Shown here: piece by piece, positions 46,351 through 56,157 of the stretch
Position numbering within the stretch: position 1 is the stretch's first letter
Layout of the letters: the number at the start of each line of letters is the position of its first letter
The notes under the pieces: model-generated
Databases searched by the model: none
Seen by the model: the letters and a program-made list of their open reading frames with translations, nothing else
What the model was told of the DNA's origin: nothing
Origin: Planctomycetota bacterium
GTDB lineage: Bacteria; Planctomycetota; SZUA-567; H5-PLA8
NCBI GenBank assembly: GCA_045863855.1
Contig: BTVV01000002.1
Location: forward strand, 32,001 to 96,000
Direction of reading: 5' to 3'
DNA: 64,000 nucleotides
Made by a program: the position numbers and the translations under genes

Positions 46351-46998
46351 GTGTGTTCCCGCGCTGAAAAGGCCGTGCTGCTACTGGCGTATGCGCTCAC
46401 CTTTGGCGCGCTGGCGATAAATCCCCGCGAACGCGACGCCTGGGCGCTCGAGAACCTCGTCCCATTCCTCGAACTGCTGGCCTGCGCGATCTACTACCGC
46501 TGGGTGGAACTGACGCGCGCGAGCTACGTGCTGATCTTCGTGCATCTCGTGATCCAGATGATCGGCGGGCATTACACGTACGCCGAGGTGCCGCTGTTCA
46601 ACTGGCTGCGCGACGAGTTCGGCTGGTCGCGCAATCATTACGACCGCGTGGCCCATTTCGCCGTGGGATTCTGCCTGTACGTGCCGGTGCGCGAGATCTG
46701 CCTGCGGCGTTCGCCGCTGGCGGGAAGCAAAGCTTGGACGTCCTTTTTCGTGTACAGCGTGCTGACGGCCGTGGCGGGGATCTGGGAAGTCTGGGAGTGG
46801 CTGGTGGCGGAATGGGCGTACAGCGACCTGGGGACGGCGTACCTGGGCACGCAGGGCGATGCGTGGGACGCGCAGAAGGATATCCTGCTCGCGCCGGTGG
46901 GCGCGGTGGCCGCGGCGTTGCTCTTCACGCGCTGGCACAACCGGTTGCTTAAGGGGCTGCCGCAAAAATGGGAAGCTCGCCTCAAGGAGCCCGCATGA
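46351..46998 (+). CDS. DUF2238 (YjdF-like) inner membrane protein; start uncertain
   Basis: WALEN, IGGHYTYAEVP, RNHYDRVAHF, WEVWEW, YLGTQGDAWDAQKD. Confidence 0.85.
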   Translation: MCSRAEKAVLLLAYALTFGALAINPRERDAWALENLVPFLELLACAIYYRWVELTRASYVLIFVHLVIQMIGGHYTYAEVPLFNWLRDEFGWSRNHYDRVAHFAVGFCLYVPVREICLRRSPLAGSKAWTSFFVYSVLTAVAGIWEVWEWLVAEWAYSDLGTAYLGTQGDAWDAQKDILLAPVGAVAAALLFTRWHNRLLKGLPQKWEARLKEPA

Positions 46999-48095
46999 AG
47001 ACGCGCGCCGCCGTACTCTTCGAGACCGGACAACCGTTCGCAATCGAGACGCTGGACCTGGAGGCGCCGCGCGCGCGGGAGGTGCTGGTGCGCGTGCAGG
47101 CCGCGGGGGTCTGCCACAGCGACTGGCACCTCGCCACGGGCGACACGAAGCATCCGCTGCCGGTCGTGCCGGGGCACGAAGGATCGGGCGTGGTCGAAGC
47201 CGTCGGCCCCGAGGTGAGCGCCGTGAAGCCCGGCGACTTCGTCGCCTTGAACTGGGCGCCGTACTGCGGGAGTTGCTTCTACTGCACGCACGGGCGTCCG
47301 GCGTTGTGCGAAAGCTACGTCGAGCCGATCTGGAAGGGCTTGCAGATGGACGGCTCGACGCGCTGGACGCTGCGCGGGAAGCCGGTGCATCACTACTGCG
47401 CGCTTTCGTGCTTCAGCGAGTACGCCGTGGTGCCCGAAGCGAGCTGCGTGAAGCTCGAGGGTTCGATCGATCCGCGCATCGCGGCTTTGATCGGCTGCGC
47501 GGTGACGACCGGAGTCGGCGCGGCGGTAAATACGGTGGCGCTGCCGGCGGGGGCGAGCGTCGCGGTCTTCGGCGCGGGGGGCGTGGGGAGTTGCATCGTG
47601 CTGGGCGCGAAGGCCGCCGGCGCGGGTACGGTGATCGCGATCGACCGCGCGCCGGAGAAGGCGGCGCTGGCGCAGGCGCTGGGCGCGGACGAAGTGCTGG
47701 AGGCGGGGGCCGGCGTGCCGGCGCGGATCCGGCAGCTGACGGGCGGGCGCGGCGCGGATTACGTGTTCGAGGCGGTCGGCCGGCCGGAGGTTCAGGAGCA
47801 GGCGCTGCGCTGCGCGCGTCCCGGCGGGACGGTGGTGCTGGTGGGGCTTGCGCCGATGGGCAGCGCGACGAACCTGCCCGGCGCAGTGATCACGCGGCGG
47901 GAGCTGACCGTGATGGGGAGCTACTACGGGACGTGCGAGCCGCGGCGCGATTTCGTGCGTTTCGCGGAGTGGCACCGGTCGGGCAAGCTGCCGCTGGAGA
48001 AGCTGATCACGCGGACGTACAAGCTCGAGGAGATCAACTCGGCGTACGCCGATCTGCTGGCCGGCAAGCTGGCGCGGGGCGTGGTGGTGTTTTAG
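46995..48095 (+). CDS. Zn-dependent alcohol dehydrogenase (class III-like)
   Basis: GVCHSD, GHEGSG, CGSCFYC......LC, IGCAVTTG, GAGGVG; AAGGAG RBS. Confidence 0.92.
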   Translation: MKTRAAVLFETGQPFAIETLDLEAPRAREVLVRVQAAGVCHSDWHLATGDTKHPLPVVPGHEGSGVVEAVGPEVSAVKPGDFVALNWAPYCGSCFYCTHGRPALCESYVEPIWKGLQMDGSTRWTLRGKPVHHYCALSCFSEYAVVPEASCVKLEGSIDPRIAALIGCAVTTGVGAAVNTVALPAGASVAVFGAGGVGSCIVLGAKAAGAGTVIAIDRAPEKAALAQALGADEVLEAGAGVPARIRQLTGGRGADYVFEAVGRPEVQEQALRCARPGGTVVLVGLAPMGSATNLPGAVITRRELTVMGSYYGTCEPRRDFVRFAEWHRSGKLPLEKLITRTYKLEEINSAYADLLAGKLARGVVVF

Positions 48096-48211
48096 GAGCG
48101 TAAGGCGCCGGCCTCCATGCATTCAGCCCCCCGTTGCCAAGCGTCGGAGGCCGGTTAGGCTGTAGTCGCCTTATACGGGGACCGAAACCACCCACTTCAG
48201 GAGGATAGGCC

Positions 48212-48595
48212 ATGCGAGCGTTACTGGCGACGGTGCTGGTGCTGGCGGTCTGTGCGGCGCCGCGGGTTTGCGCGTTCGGCGTCGATATCGGGCCGGTCAA
48301 AATCCATGGGACGAAGGTCAAGATCGGCGAGGACATCACGCTGCGGATGACCGTCGACCGGATCGACCGTGCCGAGAAGAAGGAAGGCGAGCAGGAAGGT
48401 AAGATCGTCAAGATCAAGACGCACCGCAAGGGCGACGACACGGATAACTTCGAGATCACGGTCAATCCCGACGACCTGGACGAAGACAGCCGCGACTACC
48501 TGCCGCGCGTGAAGGAAGAGCGCACGTACAGCATGAAGGTGAAGAAGCAGGACAGCGGCTGGAAGCTCCTGAAGGTGCGTCCGGACGACGACTAA
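48212..48595 (+). CDS. Small secreted hypothetical protein
   Basis: AGGAGG RBS, signal peptide, charged beta-rich mature part. Confidence 0.75.
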   Translation: MRALLATVLVLAVCAAPRVCAFGVDIGPVKIHGTKVKIGEDITLRMTVDRIDRAEKKEGEQEGKIVKIKTHRKGDDTDNFEITVNPDDLDEDSRDYLPRVKEERTYSMKVKKQDSGWKLLKVRPDDD

Positions 48596-48756
48596 GCCGG
48601 GGAAGCCGTAGCGGTCATTTGCGGCGCGCTTGGGGAACTCCCCGGCGCGCCGCGTGCATTTCCGGGCGCGGTTGACAGCACCGGCTGGGGACGGGAACAT
48701 GCACGCGACCGAAGCCAGGTTCCTTTTAATCGTTTCCGCAGCGAGGACGCCACGCG

Positions 48757-50160
48757 ATGAGCTCGAGTTACCGCATCGAAAAAGACACGATGGGCGAGAT
48801 GAAAGTCCCGCAGGAAAAGCTGTGGGGCGCGCAGACGCAGCGCAGCCTGGAGAACTTCAAGATCGGCGAAGAGAAGATGCCGCGCGCGCTGGTTTACGCG
48901 CTGGTGCTGGTGAAGAAGGCCGCGGCGCTGGTGAACGTGGAATTGAAGACGCTGGACGCCAAGCTGGGCGAAGCGATCGCGAAGGCCGCCGACGAGGTGC
49001 TGGCCGGGAAGCACGACACCGAGTTTCCGCTGGCGGTCTGGCAGACCGGGAGCGGCACGCAGACGAACATGAACTGCAACGAAGTCCTGGCTAACCGCGC
49101 GAGCGAACTGCTGGGCGGCGTGCGCGGCGAAGAGCGATTGGTGCATCCGAACGACCACGTCAACAAGGGCCAGTCGAGCAACGACGTCTTTCCGACGGCG
49201 ATGCACGTGGCGGCGGTGAAGGAACTGATCGAGCACACGCTGCCGAAGCTGCGCGCGCTGCGCGGCGCGTGGGCGGCGAAGGCGCGCGCGTTCATGGACG
49301 TGGTGAAGATCGGCCGGACGCACCTGCAGGATGCGACGCCGCTGACGCTGGGGCAGGAGTTCAGCGGGTACGTCTCGATGCTGGACCACGGGATCGCGCA
49401 CGCCGAAGCGGCGCTGCCGCATCTGTGCGAACTGGCGCTGGGCGGCACCGCGGTGGGCACGGGGCTGAACGCCGCGCCGGGGTACGACGTGAAGGTGGCG
49501 GCGAAGATTTCGGAGCTGACCGGGCATCCGTTCGTGACGGCGCCGAACAAGTTCGAATCGCTGGCCTCGAAGGACGCCTTCGTCCACGCGCACGGGGCGC
49601 TCAAGACGCTGGCGGCCTCGCTGACGAAGATCGCCAACGACACGCGCTGGCTCTCCAGCGGGCCGCGCTGCGGGATCGGCGAGATCGCGATTCCCGAGAA
49701 CGAGCCGGGCAGCAGCATTATGCCGGGCAAGGTGAACCCCACGCAGTGCGAGGCGCTGACGATGGCCTGCGCGCAGGTGATGGGCAATGACGTGGCGATC
49801 AACATCGGCGGAATGAGCGGGAACTTCGAGCTGAACGTGTACAAGCCGCTGATCGCGCACAACTTCCTGCAGAGCTGCCGGCTCTTGGGCGACGCCTCGG
49901 AGTCGTTCCGCACGAACTGCGTCGAAGGCATCGAGCCCAACCCGGCGCGGATCGAGCAGAACCTGCGCGAGAGCCTGATGCTGGTGACGGCGTTGAATCC
50001 GCATATCGGGTACGACAACGCGGCCAAGGTGGCGAAGCACGCGCACAAGAAAAACCTGACGCTGAAGCAGGCCGCGGCGGACCTGGGGCTGGTGAAGCCC
50101 GAGGACTTCGACGCGTGGGTGAAGCCCGAAAAGATGATCGGCAACAAGCCGGTGGTTTGA
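48757..50160 (+). CDS. fumC: Fumarate hydratase class II
   Basis: [45 protein letters not shown]. Confidence 0.98.
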   Translation: MSSSYRIEKDTMGEMKVPQEKLWGAQTQRSLENFKIGEEKMPRALVYALVLVKKAAALVNVELKTLDAKLGEAIAKAADEVLAGKHDTEFPLAVWQTGSGTQTNMNCNEVLANRASELLGGVRGEERLVHPNDHVNKGQSSNDVFPTAMHVAAVKELIEHTLPKLRALRGAWAAKARAFMDVVKIGRTHLQDATPLTLGQEFSGYVSMLDHGIAHAEAALPHLCELALGGTAVGTGLNAAPGYDVKVAAKISELTGHPFVTAPNKFESLASKDAFVHAHGALKTLAASLTKIANDTRWLSSGPRCGIGEIAIPENEPGSSIMPGKVNPTQCEALTMACAQVMGNDVAINIGGMSGNFELNVYKPLIAHNFLQSCRLLGDASESFRTNCVEGIEPNPARIEQNLRESLMLVTALNPHIGYDNAAKVAKHAHKKNLTLKQAAADLGLVKPEDFDAWVKPEKMIGNKPVV

Positions 50161-50243
50161 ATGCGCGCGGAAAGTCCGAAAGGAATGCGGCCTTCGCGGC
50201 AAGAACCCTTCGTGCCGCATTCTATCGAGACGCAGGGGCCGGC

Positions 50244-51065
50244 ATGAGCATCCAGCTTGTCATTATCGTCGGCATCATCGTGGCCTACGTGGCGGCGTCG
50301 GTGGCCGAAGGGATGGTCCTGAGCGGCGCGGCGAGCCTGCCTCCGGATGTGCGCGAGCGCGTCTTCCGGCGCGAGGCGGCGCTGGGCACGATCTGGCGGA
50401 TCGTCGGCGGGCTGGGCCTGGCGCTGGTGGTGATCGGGCTGCTCAAGACGTTCGGGTTTATTCGGGGCGGGCCGAAGATCCCCTGGGGGCTGTACACGTT
50501 CGCGGGGGGCTTCGCGCTGATCTGCCTGGAGCGGACGCTGCGAAGCTGGGGCACGTTCGGCAGTTACGCGAAGGAAGATCCGCAGGGTCCGGCGCGCGCG
50601 GCGGCGTTGAACGCGGCGCTGCTGGTCACGCTGGTCGAGCTGGCGCTGGGCGTGGGCGTCGTCTGGTTCATCAAGGATAAGGCCATCGGGCCGGGCGGCG
50701 GTTCGAGCGCGTCCACGGCGCCCGCGGAGTCGGCATCGGACGAGGCTGAGGCAGACGGTTCGACCGGCGGCGGTCCGGCGCCCAGGCCGGAGAAGATCGC
50801 GATCTGGATTCCCGCGCCGCAGGCGAAGGCCTTGATCGGCAAAGACGACGCGTATTTCGACCTGCTGGTGAGGTGGGGCCAGGTGCGCAAGAAGGAAACC
50901 GGCGGCGAGCTTTTCTATCAGGCGCAAGACTTGAAGTCGCTGAAGCAGGCGGGGCTTCCGGCGGTGCAGGAGATGGAGGAAGGGTTGAAACGGATGCAGG
51001 CTGCGCCGCCCGAGCCGCCGGCCGCGGCGGTGAAGTCGCCGGAGGGCGAGCGGTTGGAGGAGTAG
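50244..51065 (+). CDS. Membrane protein (about four TM helices) with possible C-terminal excisionase-like HTH domain
   Basis: Four hydrophobic segments, Ser/Ala/Pro linker, WIPAPQAKALIG...LVRWGQV....GGELFY...DL. Confidence 0.65.
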   Translation: MSIQLVIIVGIIVAYVAASVAEGMVLSGAASLPPDVRERVFRREAALGTIWRIVGGLGLALVVIGLLKTFGFIRGGPKIPWGLYTFAGGFALICLERTLRSWGTFGSYAKEDPQGPARAAALNAALLVTLVELALGVGVVWFIKDKAIGPGGGSSASTAPAESASDEAEADGSTGGGPAPRPEKIAIWIPAPQAKALIGKDDAYFDLLVRWGQVRKKETGGELFYQAQDLKSLKQAGLPAVQEMEEGLKRMQAAPPEPPAAAVKSPEGERLEE

Positions 51066-51079
51066 GCGGGTTTTAAGGC

Positions 51080-51160
51080 AAACGGCAAACTTCAAACGGC
51101 AAACTTCAAACGGCAAGATCCAAACAAGCTTCAAGCTTCAAACTTCAAACTTCAAACGGC
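51080..51160. repeat. Heptamer tandem array (AAACGGC/AAACTTC/AAGCTTC), 11 units
   Basis: Read directly; lies between convergent genes. Confidence 0.9.
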
Positions 51161-51218
51161 CATACGGCCAACCCCAACCCCATTCTCGATGCGTGACGCC
51201 AGTGGCTGCTCGCGGGGC

Positions 51219-51941
51219 TCATACGCCTGCTTCGTCGAGCTTCTTGGCCATCAATTGCAGCGTTGCTTCGAGGCACTCTTCGCCGAAGGCGGCCGAGGCG
51301 TCGCGGGGATCGGGGCCGCCGACGCCTTGCGGCCAGACGGAGCGGTCGGGGCCGAGTTGCGCCAGGTCGGGCAGATCGGGGCGCAGGGCCAGGACGAGCG
51401 AGGTCTCGTTCTTGGCGGCGTGGTCGGTCTGCGAGCGCCACTCCTTCACGATATCTTCGGTGACGCCCAACAGTTTGAGGCCGAAGCGGTCTTGGCGTTC
51501 GGCGAGGCCCGAACGCCACTGATGGCGCGAGGGGCCGTGCCCGTCGGCGAAGACCGCGCGGAAGCCGGCGCGTTTGAGTTGTTCGAGGATCGCGTCGAGC
51601 AGCGCGTTGAAGGCGCCGGGGCCGATCCAGTAACAGCTTCCGTCGAGCGGGCGGTGCGGCGTGGTGGACTCGTGGTATTCCATGCCCTGGAGGACGACGC
51701 CCTCGGGCGTGGTCTTCTGGCGGTCGGGGCCGAGGTGAATGGGCGGCATCACGATCCCGCCGAAGCGCTGCGCGGCGCGTACGAAAAGCCCCTCGCTGAT
51801 GATCGCGTCGCTGCCGAGCGGGAGGTGTTCGCCGTGCCATTCGAGCGTGCCGAGCGGCAGGTAGGCCAGCGGGCGCTGCTTCAACCGCGCACGGAACTGG
51901 TGCGGCAGCAGATCGGAAAAGCGAACGCGTTCGTTGGACAT
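51219..51941 (-). CDS. Creatininase family amidohydrolase
   Basis: YLPLGTLEWHGEHLPLGSD, DGHG, DHAAKNETS. Confidence 0.9.
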   Translation of the reverse strand: MSNERVRFSDLLPHQFRARLKQRPLAYLPLGTLEWHGEHLPLGSDAIISEGLFVRAAQRFGGIVMPPIHLGPDRQKTTPEGVVLQGMEYHESTTPHRPLDGSCYWIGPGAFNALLDAILEQLKRAGFRAVFADGHGPSRHQWRSGLAERQDRFGLKLLGVTEDIVKEWRSQTDHAAKNETSLVLALRPDLPDLAQLGPDRSVWPQGVGGPDPRDASAAFGEECLEATLQLMAKKLDEAGV

Positions 51942-51943
51942 GG

Positions 51944-54900
51944 TTACTCCGGTCCGGTGCGCACGGTGCCGGGGAGGTCCGGCTCGGGCTTCGTTCCAGG
52001 GACGGCATCGGGCTTCGCGCCGTCTTTCGCTTTCTCTTTTTCGTCCGGGCCGTGGGACGAGTAGCCCATGCTGAGGTATTCCTGGGCGAAGTTTCCGAAG
52101 CCGGGGTAATCGCGGCGGGCGTAGGCGGCGCGCTGGGACTCCAGTTCGGCGACCTTGCGCAGGAAGCGCATCAAGTCGGGGTACTTCTCGGGCGTCACGC
52201 GCTGCATGGGCATCAAGTAGGAGCGGTTGCAGAAGAGCTTCGCGCCGCGGACGTTGAAATCGGCGAGGTAGAATCCGAACTCGCTGCACAGGAAGAGATC
52301 GTCAGGAACCTGAACCCAGGCGTGCCCGGCGGGCGCCTCGTAGACGATGTGGTGATCGAGGTCGGCGACTTCGCTGCGCACGAGGAGGTCGTAGGTGCGT
52401 TCGGGCGGTCCCATGAGGCGCTGGATGCCGGCGGGTCCGAGGAAGGGCTGGACGAACCAGGTGCTTTCGGCCTGACCGGCCAGCGAGGGCACGTTGCCGG
52501 CGTAGACGAAGCGCAGCGCGTCGCCGGCGTGTTCCTGCCCGTGGAGTTTGACCTGGCTGAGTCCGATATTGGGCCAGTAGCCGCGGACGACGCCTTCCTT
52601 GATCTGTTCGGCTTTGCGCGGATCTTCCAGTTCGCGCCGGACGGCTCCGGCGGTGGCGCCGAAGATGTGGAACTGGCCCTGGACGGAGGCGTTGCCTTCG
52701 CCGTCGAGCGCGACGGAGACGTCGTGGCGCAGGGGGAGCAGGCCCAGGGATTCGGCGTGGAGGCGTTTGATGCGCACGCCTTCGTCGCCGACGGTGAGGG
52801 CGAGGGAGCCGGCCTGATTGGCGACGAGGAGGCCGAGGTCGAAGTAGCGCGCGGGCTGCCCGGAGAACTGGAGCCAGGATTCGGGTCCGTCCTTGGGCTG
52901 CAGGACGAGCATGCGGCCCAGGGATCCGTAATTGCCGAAGACGACGGGATCCCAGGACCGGGTGGCGTTCTTGCCGCGCCAGTTTCCGGCGGGGACGTAG
53001 GCGCCGTTGACGAAGGCGTGCCTTACGTCCAGGCCGGCGGCCTTGCACATCGCCTGCGCCAGTTCGCTCATCTGGGAGCTGCTTCCAGCGCGCAGCGCCC
53101 AGACGTCGTCGAGGTTGCGGGATTCCTGTCCGGGCTGGATGTTGCCGCGCACCCATTCGGCGATGGCGCGGAAGGCGTGTTCCTCGCTGGGCATGGCTTG
53201 GGCGAGCTTGACGGCGATTGCGGCGGCGTCGGCGGGCAGAAAGTTCTCGTCGCGGCGCATCAGCCAGCCGGTGGCCCGGAACGGGCGTTCGGGCGATTCG
53301 ATGAAGACCAGCGGAATGACTTCCTCGTCGCCCTCGCCCGCCATGTACGGCTCGACCTTGATCCCTTCCACCTGTTTATTGGACCACTGGTAGACCGTAT
53401 AGCCTTCGGGTCCGGGGAGGATTTTTTCTTCGATCAGCTCCGGGCGAATCTTGCGGATGCGCAGCTTGTGGTCCTTGGGCAGCAGGACGACCCAGCGCGA
53501 GATCGCGCGCGGGGCATCGAGCGCGTTGAAGTTGAAGGCCATCTGGAACGAAGGTTCGATCTCGTCGGCCTCGGCGTGTTCGAGGTAGGCGTGTTCGAGG
53601 ATCGAGCCGGCGCCGACGCGGTAGTAGCTGGCCGATTGCGCGAAGTTGAAGTCGTGGACATTCTGGGGCATGAAGACCGAACCGTCAGGGTTGAGGGTGC
53701 GGACGAAGACCATGTCCTGGCGCTGCGCGGCGACAAGCTGTTCGGAGAGTTCGTTGATGCCGTCGAGGTTGAGCACCTTCTGCGCGATGTGGACGTAGGA
53801 TTCGCGGGAGAGATCGGGGAAGACCTTGGTGACCATGAAGTCGACGATCCAGGCGTGGTTGGCGCGCGGATAGTTGAGCTGGGAGAACTGCGAGGTATCG
53901 ATCTGGGCGACCTCGACGTCGTAGGGTTTCCACCAGGGTTCTCCGCCGCGGCCTTCGATCTCGCGGAGCCTGCGGCGGAGTTCGAAATCGCCGGGGTGCT
54001 CTTTCAGGCGCGCCTGGATGCGCGCGGCGGCGGCTTCCTTGCGGCCGAGCAGGATTTCGAGATCGACGAGGCGCACGACGGCGGTGCGGTTCTGCGGCTG
54101 GCGCGCGGCGATCTCCTCGCGCAGCTTCAGCGCGCCTTCCAAGTCGCCCTGTTCGATCTTGAGGTCGGCGCGGAGCGAGAGGTGTTCGTCCTTGCGCTCG
54201 GGGAATGCGCGTTCCTGTTCGTCGAGGAGCTTGGCGGCTTCGTCGAGCGCGCCCTTGCGCAGGAGGCGCTGATAACGCGCGCCCTGCGGTTCGAGGCCGA
54301 GCGCGTAGAGCCGCTCGCGCAGTTCCCGCGCGCGGGGACGGCTGCCCGAGACCTCGTGGAAGCTGACGAGCTGCGGGAGAAACGCGGCGTCGAGCTTGGC
54401 GGCGAGTTCGTACTGGCGTTCGGCCAGCGCGTAGAGTCCCTTCTGGTAGTACAGCAGCGCGAGACGCTCCTGCGCGAGCGGCGAATCGGGATACGCGGTG
54501 GCGCAGGCTTTGATGCGGTCGAAGGCCATGTCCTTCAGTTCGCGCTCCTGGAAGAAAGACGCCAGCGCCAGGAGATGCTGGTGATTGCCGGGCACGAGGC
54601 TCAAAGCGCGTTCGCGCATGCCGCGGGCTTCTTCTTCGTGGCGCGTCTCGGCGTTGCCGCCGTGGCGTCCGACGCTGGAGAGGACGTGCGCGGAGAAATC
54701 GAGCGCCTGTATGGAATCGGGCCAGGTGCCGGCGATGCGCCTCGCGACGGCTTCGCGCGCGGCGGCGTCGTTCTCCTGGCGTGCGGCCAGATCGAGCCAG
54801 CGCAATTCGGCGGCGTTCAGGTCGCCGGACTCGGCGAGCGCGGCGAGACCGTCCCTCGCGCTGCGGCGATCGGCAGGGAGCTTGGCGAGGAAGTACTCGG

Positions 54901-56050
54901 CCAGCGCTCCGGCGGCGGGTTGTGCAAAGCGGAAGCCCGCGACGGGCACGACGGCGTGCTTGGCCAGTTCTTCCGGAGGCAGCGGCGCGACGGCGACGCC
55001 GGCGAGGGGACCTTGGTCGAGGCCCAGGACGCGCAGCGCGATATCGCTTGCCACGGGCAATTTGACGAGGATCGGGTTGGCGCCTTTGAGCAGCCGCGTG
55101 CGGACGAGGACCGGATCGCGCGGAAAGCGTTCGTCCTGGGCGGGCAGGACGATGGGTACGCCGCGCAGGAAAATCTTGGCGTTGGACGGTCCGCCGAAGA
55201 CGAGGAGCGCGTCGCGGTCTTCGTCGCTTTGCAGGCTGGTGAACGCGTAAAAAATGCCGCCTGCACCGGGAAAAAGGCGGCTGAGCTGGAGGACGCGGAA
55301 GGCGGCTTCGAGATCCTTGCGCACGGGGACGGGCTTCCCGCGGGCGTCGAGGAAGGTTAAGTCTTTGAGGCCCTGCTCGGGGGCGAAGCGGCGTTCCATG
55401 GGGTTGTTCTGGTCTTCTGCGCCGAAGGGTCCGGCGGCAAACTGCCAGCGGTCGAGGTAGCCGAGGTTCTTAATCGCATCGCGGGCTTTGGCCGGTTCGT
55501 CGCGCTGCATGTAGAGCGTGGCGAGTAGGTCGAGCATGGCCAGACGCACGGGGGGCGCGGCGGCGGGGACGGAGGTTTCGAGGGCTTGGATGAGTTCGGC
55601 ACGGCATTCGGTGAAGGCGAGTCCGTCCATCGCGCGCATCGCGAGTCCCATGCAGAGGGGCGATTGGGCGGAAGCGCGGAGCATGCGGATCGAGAGCGCC
55701 TGGGATTCGGCGTAGCGGCCTTCCATGATCGCGACGCTGCGCAACCCTTCCAGCGTTTCGAGGTCGTTGGGCTGGGCGTCGAGGGATTCATCGAACGCCT
55801 TGCGCGCGCCGGAAAAGTCGTTTTTGAAGACGAGTTCCCAGCCGCGCATGCTGAGCGCGGGGAGCTTGGCAGGGTGTTTGGCCGGCGCGATTTCCTGGCT
55901 GGCCGGCGGCGGCACTTTGGGCTCGGGCGGCGCTTCGGCCGGAGGCTGTTCTTCCTCTTGTTGTTGGGCGCGGATGGGCAGGGCGAGCGCGGCCCCCAGC
56001 ATCAAGCAGAGCCAGCATGCCAGGCGCAGGCGCGGGGCGGGGATGAGCAT
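51944..56050 (-). CDS. Large secreted TPR + DUF3857 + transglutaminase-like protein (1368 aa)
   Basis: Signal peptide, TPR helices, jelly-roll segment (WQFAAGPF...LLKGANPILVK), VGAGSILEH (DUF3857-like), IAEWVRGNI...AMCKAAGL (TGase-like), RVTPEKYP. Confidence 0.75.
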   Translation of the reverse strand: MLIPAPRLRLACWLCLMLGAALALPIRAQQQEEEQPPAEAPPEPKVPPPASQEIAPAKHPAKLPALSMRGWELVFKNDFSGARKAFDESLDAQPNDLETLEGLRSVAIMEGRYAESQALSIRMLRASAQSPLCMGLAMRAMDGLAFTECRAELIQALETSVPAAAPPVRLAMLDLLATLYMQRDEPAKARDAIKNLGYLDRWQFAAGPFGAEDQNNPMERRFAPEQGLKDLTFLDARGKPVPVRKDLEAAFRVLQLSRLFPGAGGIFYAFTSLQSDEDRDALLVFGGPSNAKIFLRGVPIVLPAQDERFPRDPVLVRTRLLKGANPILVKLPVASDIALRVLGLDQGPLAGVAVAPLPPEELAKHAVVPVAGFRFAQPAAGALAEYFLAKLPADRRSARDGLAALAESGDLNAAELRWLDLAARQENDAAAREAVARRIAGTWPDSIQALDFSAHVLSSVGRHGGNAETRHEEEARGMRERALSLVPGNHQHLLALASFFQERELKDMAFDRIKACATAYPDSPLAQERLALLYYQKGLYALAERQYELAAKLDAAFLPQLVSFHEVSGSRPRARELRERLYALGLEPQGARYQRLLRKGALDEAAKLLDEQERAFPERKDEHLSLRADLKIEQGDLEGALKLREEIAARQPQNRTAVVRLVDLEILLGRKEAAAARIQARLKEHPGDFELRRRLREIEGRGGEPWWKPYDVEVAQIDTSQFSQLNYPRANHAWIVDFMVTKVFPDLSRESYVHIAQKVLNLDGINELSEQLVAAQRQDMVFVRTLNPDGSVFMPQNVHDFNFAQSASYYRVGAGSILEHAYLEHAEADEIEPSFQMAFNFNALDAPRAISRWVVLLPKDHKLRIRKIRPELIEEKILPGPEGYTVYQWSNKQVEGIKVEPYMAGEGDEEVIPLVFIESPERPFRATGWLMRRDENFLPADAAAIAVKLAQAMPSEEHAFRAIAEWVRGNIQPGQESRNLDDVWALRAGSSSQMSELAQAMCKAAGLDVRHAFVNGAYVPAGNWRGKNATRSWDPVVFGNYGSLGRMLVLQPKDGPESWLQFSGQPARYFDLGLLVANQAGSLALTVGDEGVRIKRLHAESLGLLPLRHDVSVALDGEGNASVQGQFHIFGATAGAVRRELEDPRKAEQIKEGVVRGYWPNIGLSQVKLHGQEHAGDALRFVYAGNVPSLAGQAESTWFVQPFLGPAGIQRLMGPPERTYDLLVRSEVADLDHHIVYEAPAGHAWVQVPDDLFLCSEFGFYLADFNVRGAKLFCNRSYLMPMQRVTPEKYPDLMRFLRKVAELESQRAAYARRDYPGFGNFAQEYLSMGYSSHGPDEKEKAKDGAKPDAVPGTKPEPDLPGTVRTGPE

Positions 56051-56157
56051 CGAGCGGCGTCTCCGGATCGGCAGCGCACAGCCTACGGGGAACCGAGCGC
56101 GCTTGCGAGCGCCGAGCCGATGGGTTCAGATGGAGCATCCGGCCGAAAGGAATACCC

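Noticed and set aside
51080..51160. CRISPR array
   Set aside because: Units are 7 nt with no unique spacers, and there are no cas genes.
52052..55360. 1102 aa plus-strand ORF
   Set aside because: Antisense shadow of the 1368 aa gene; no recognisable motifs.
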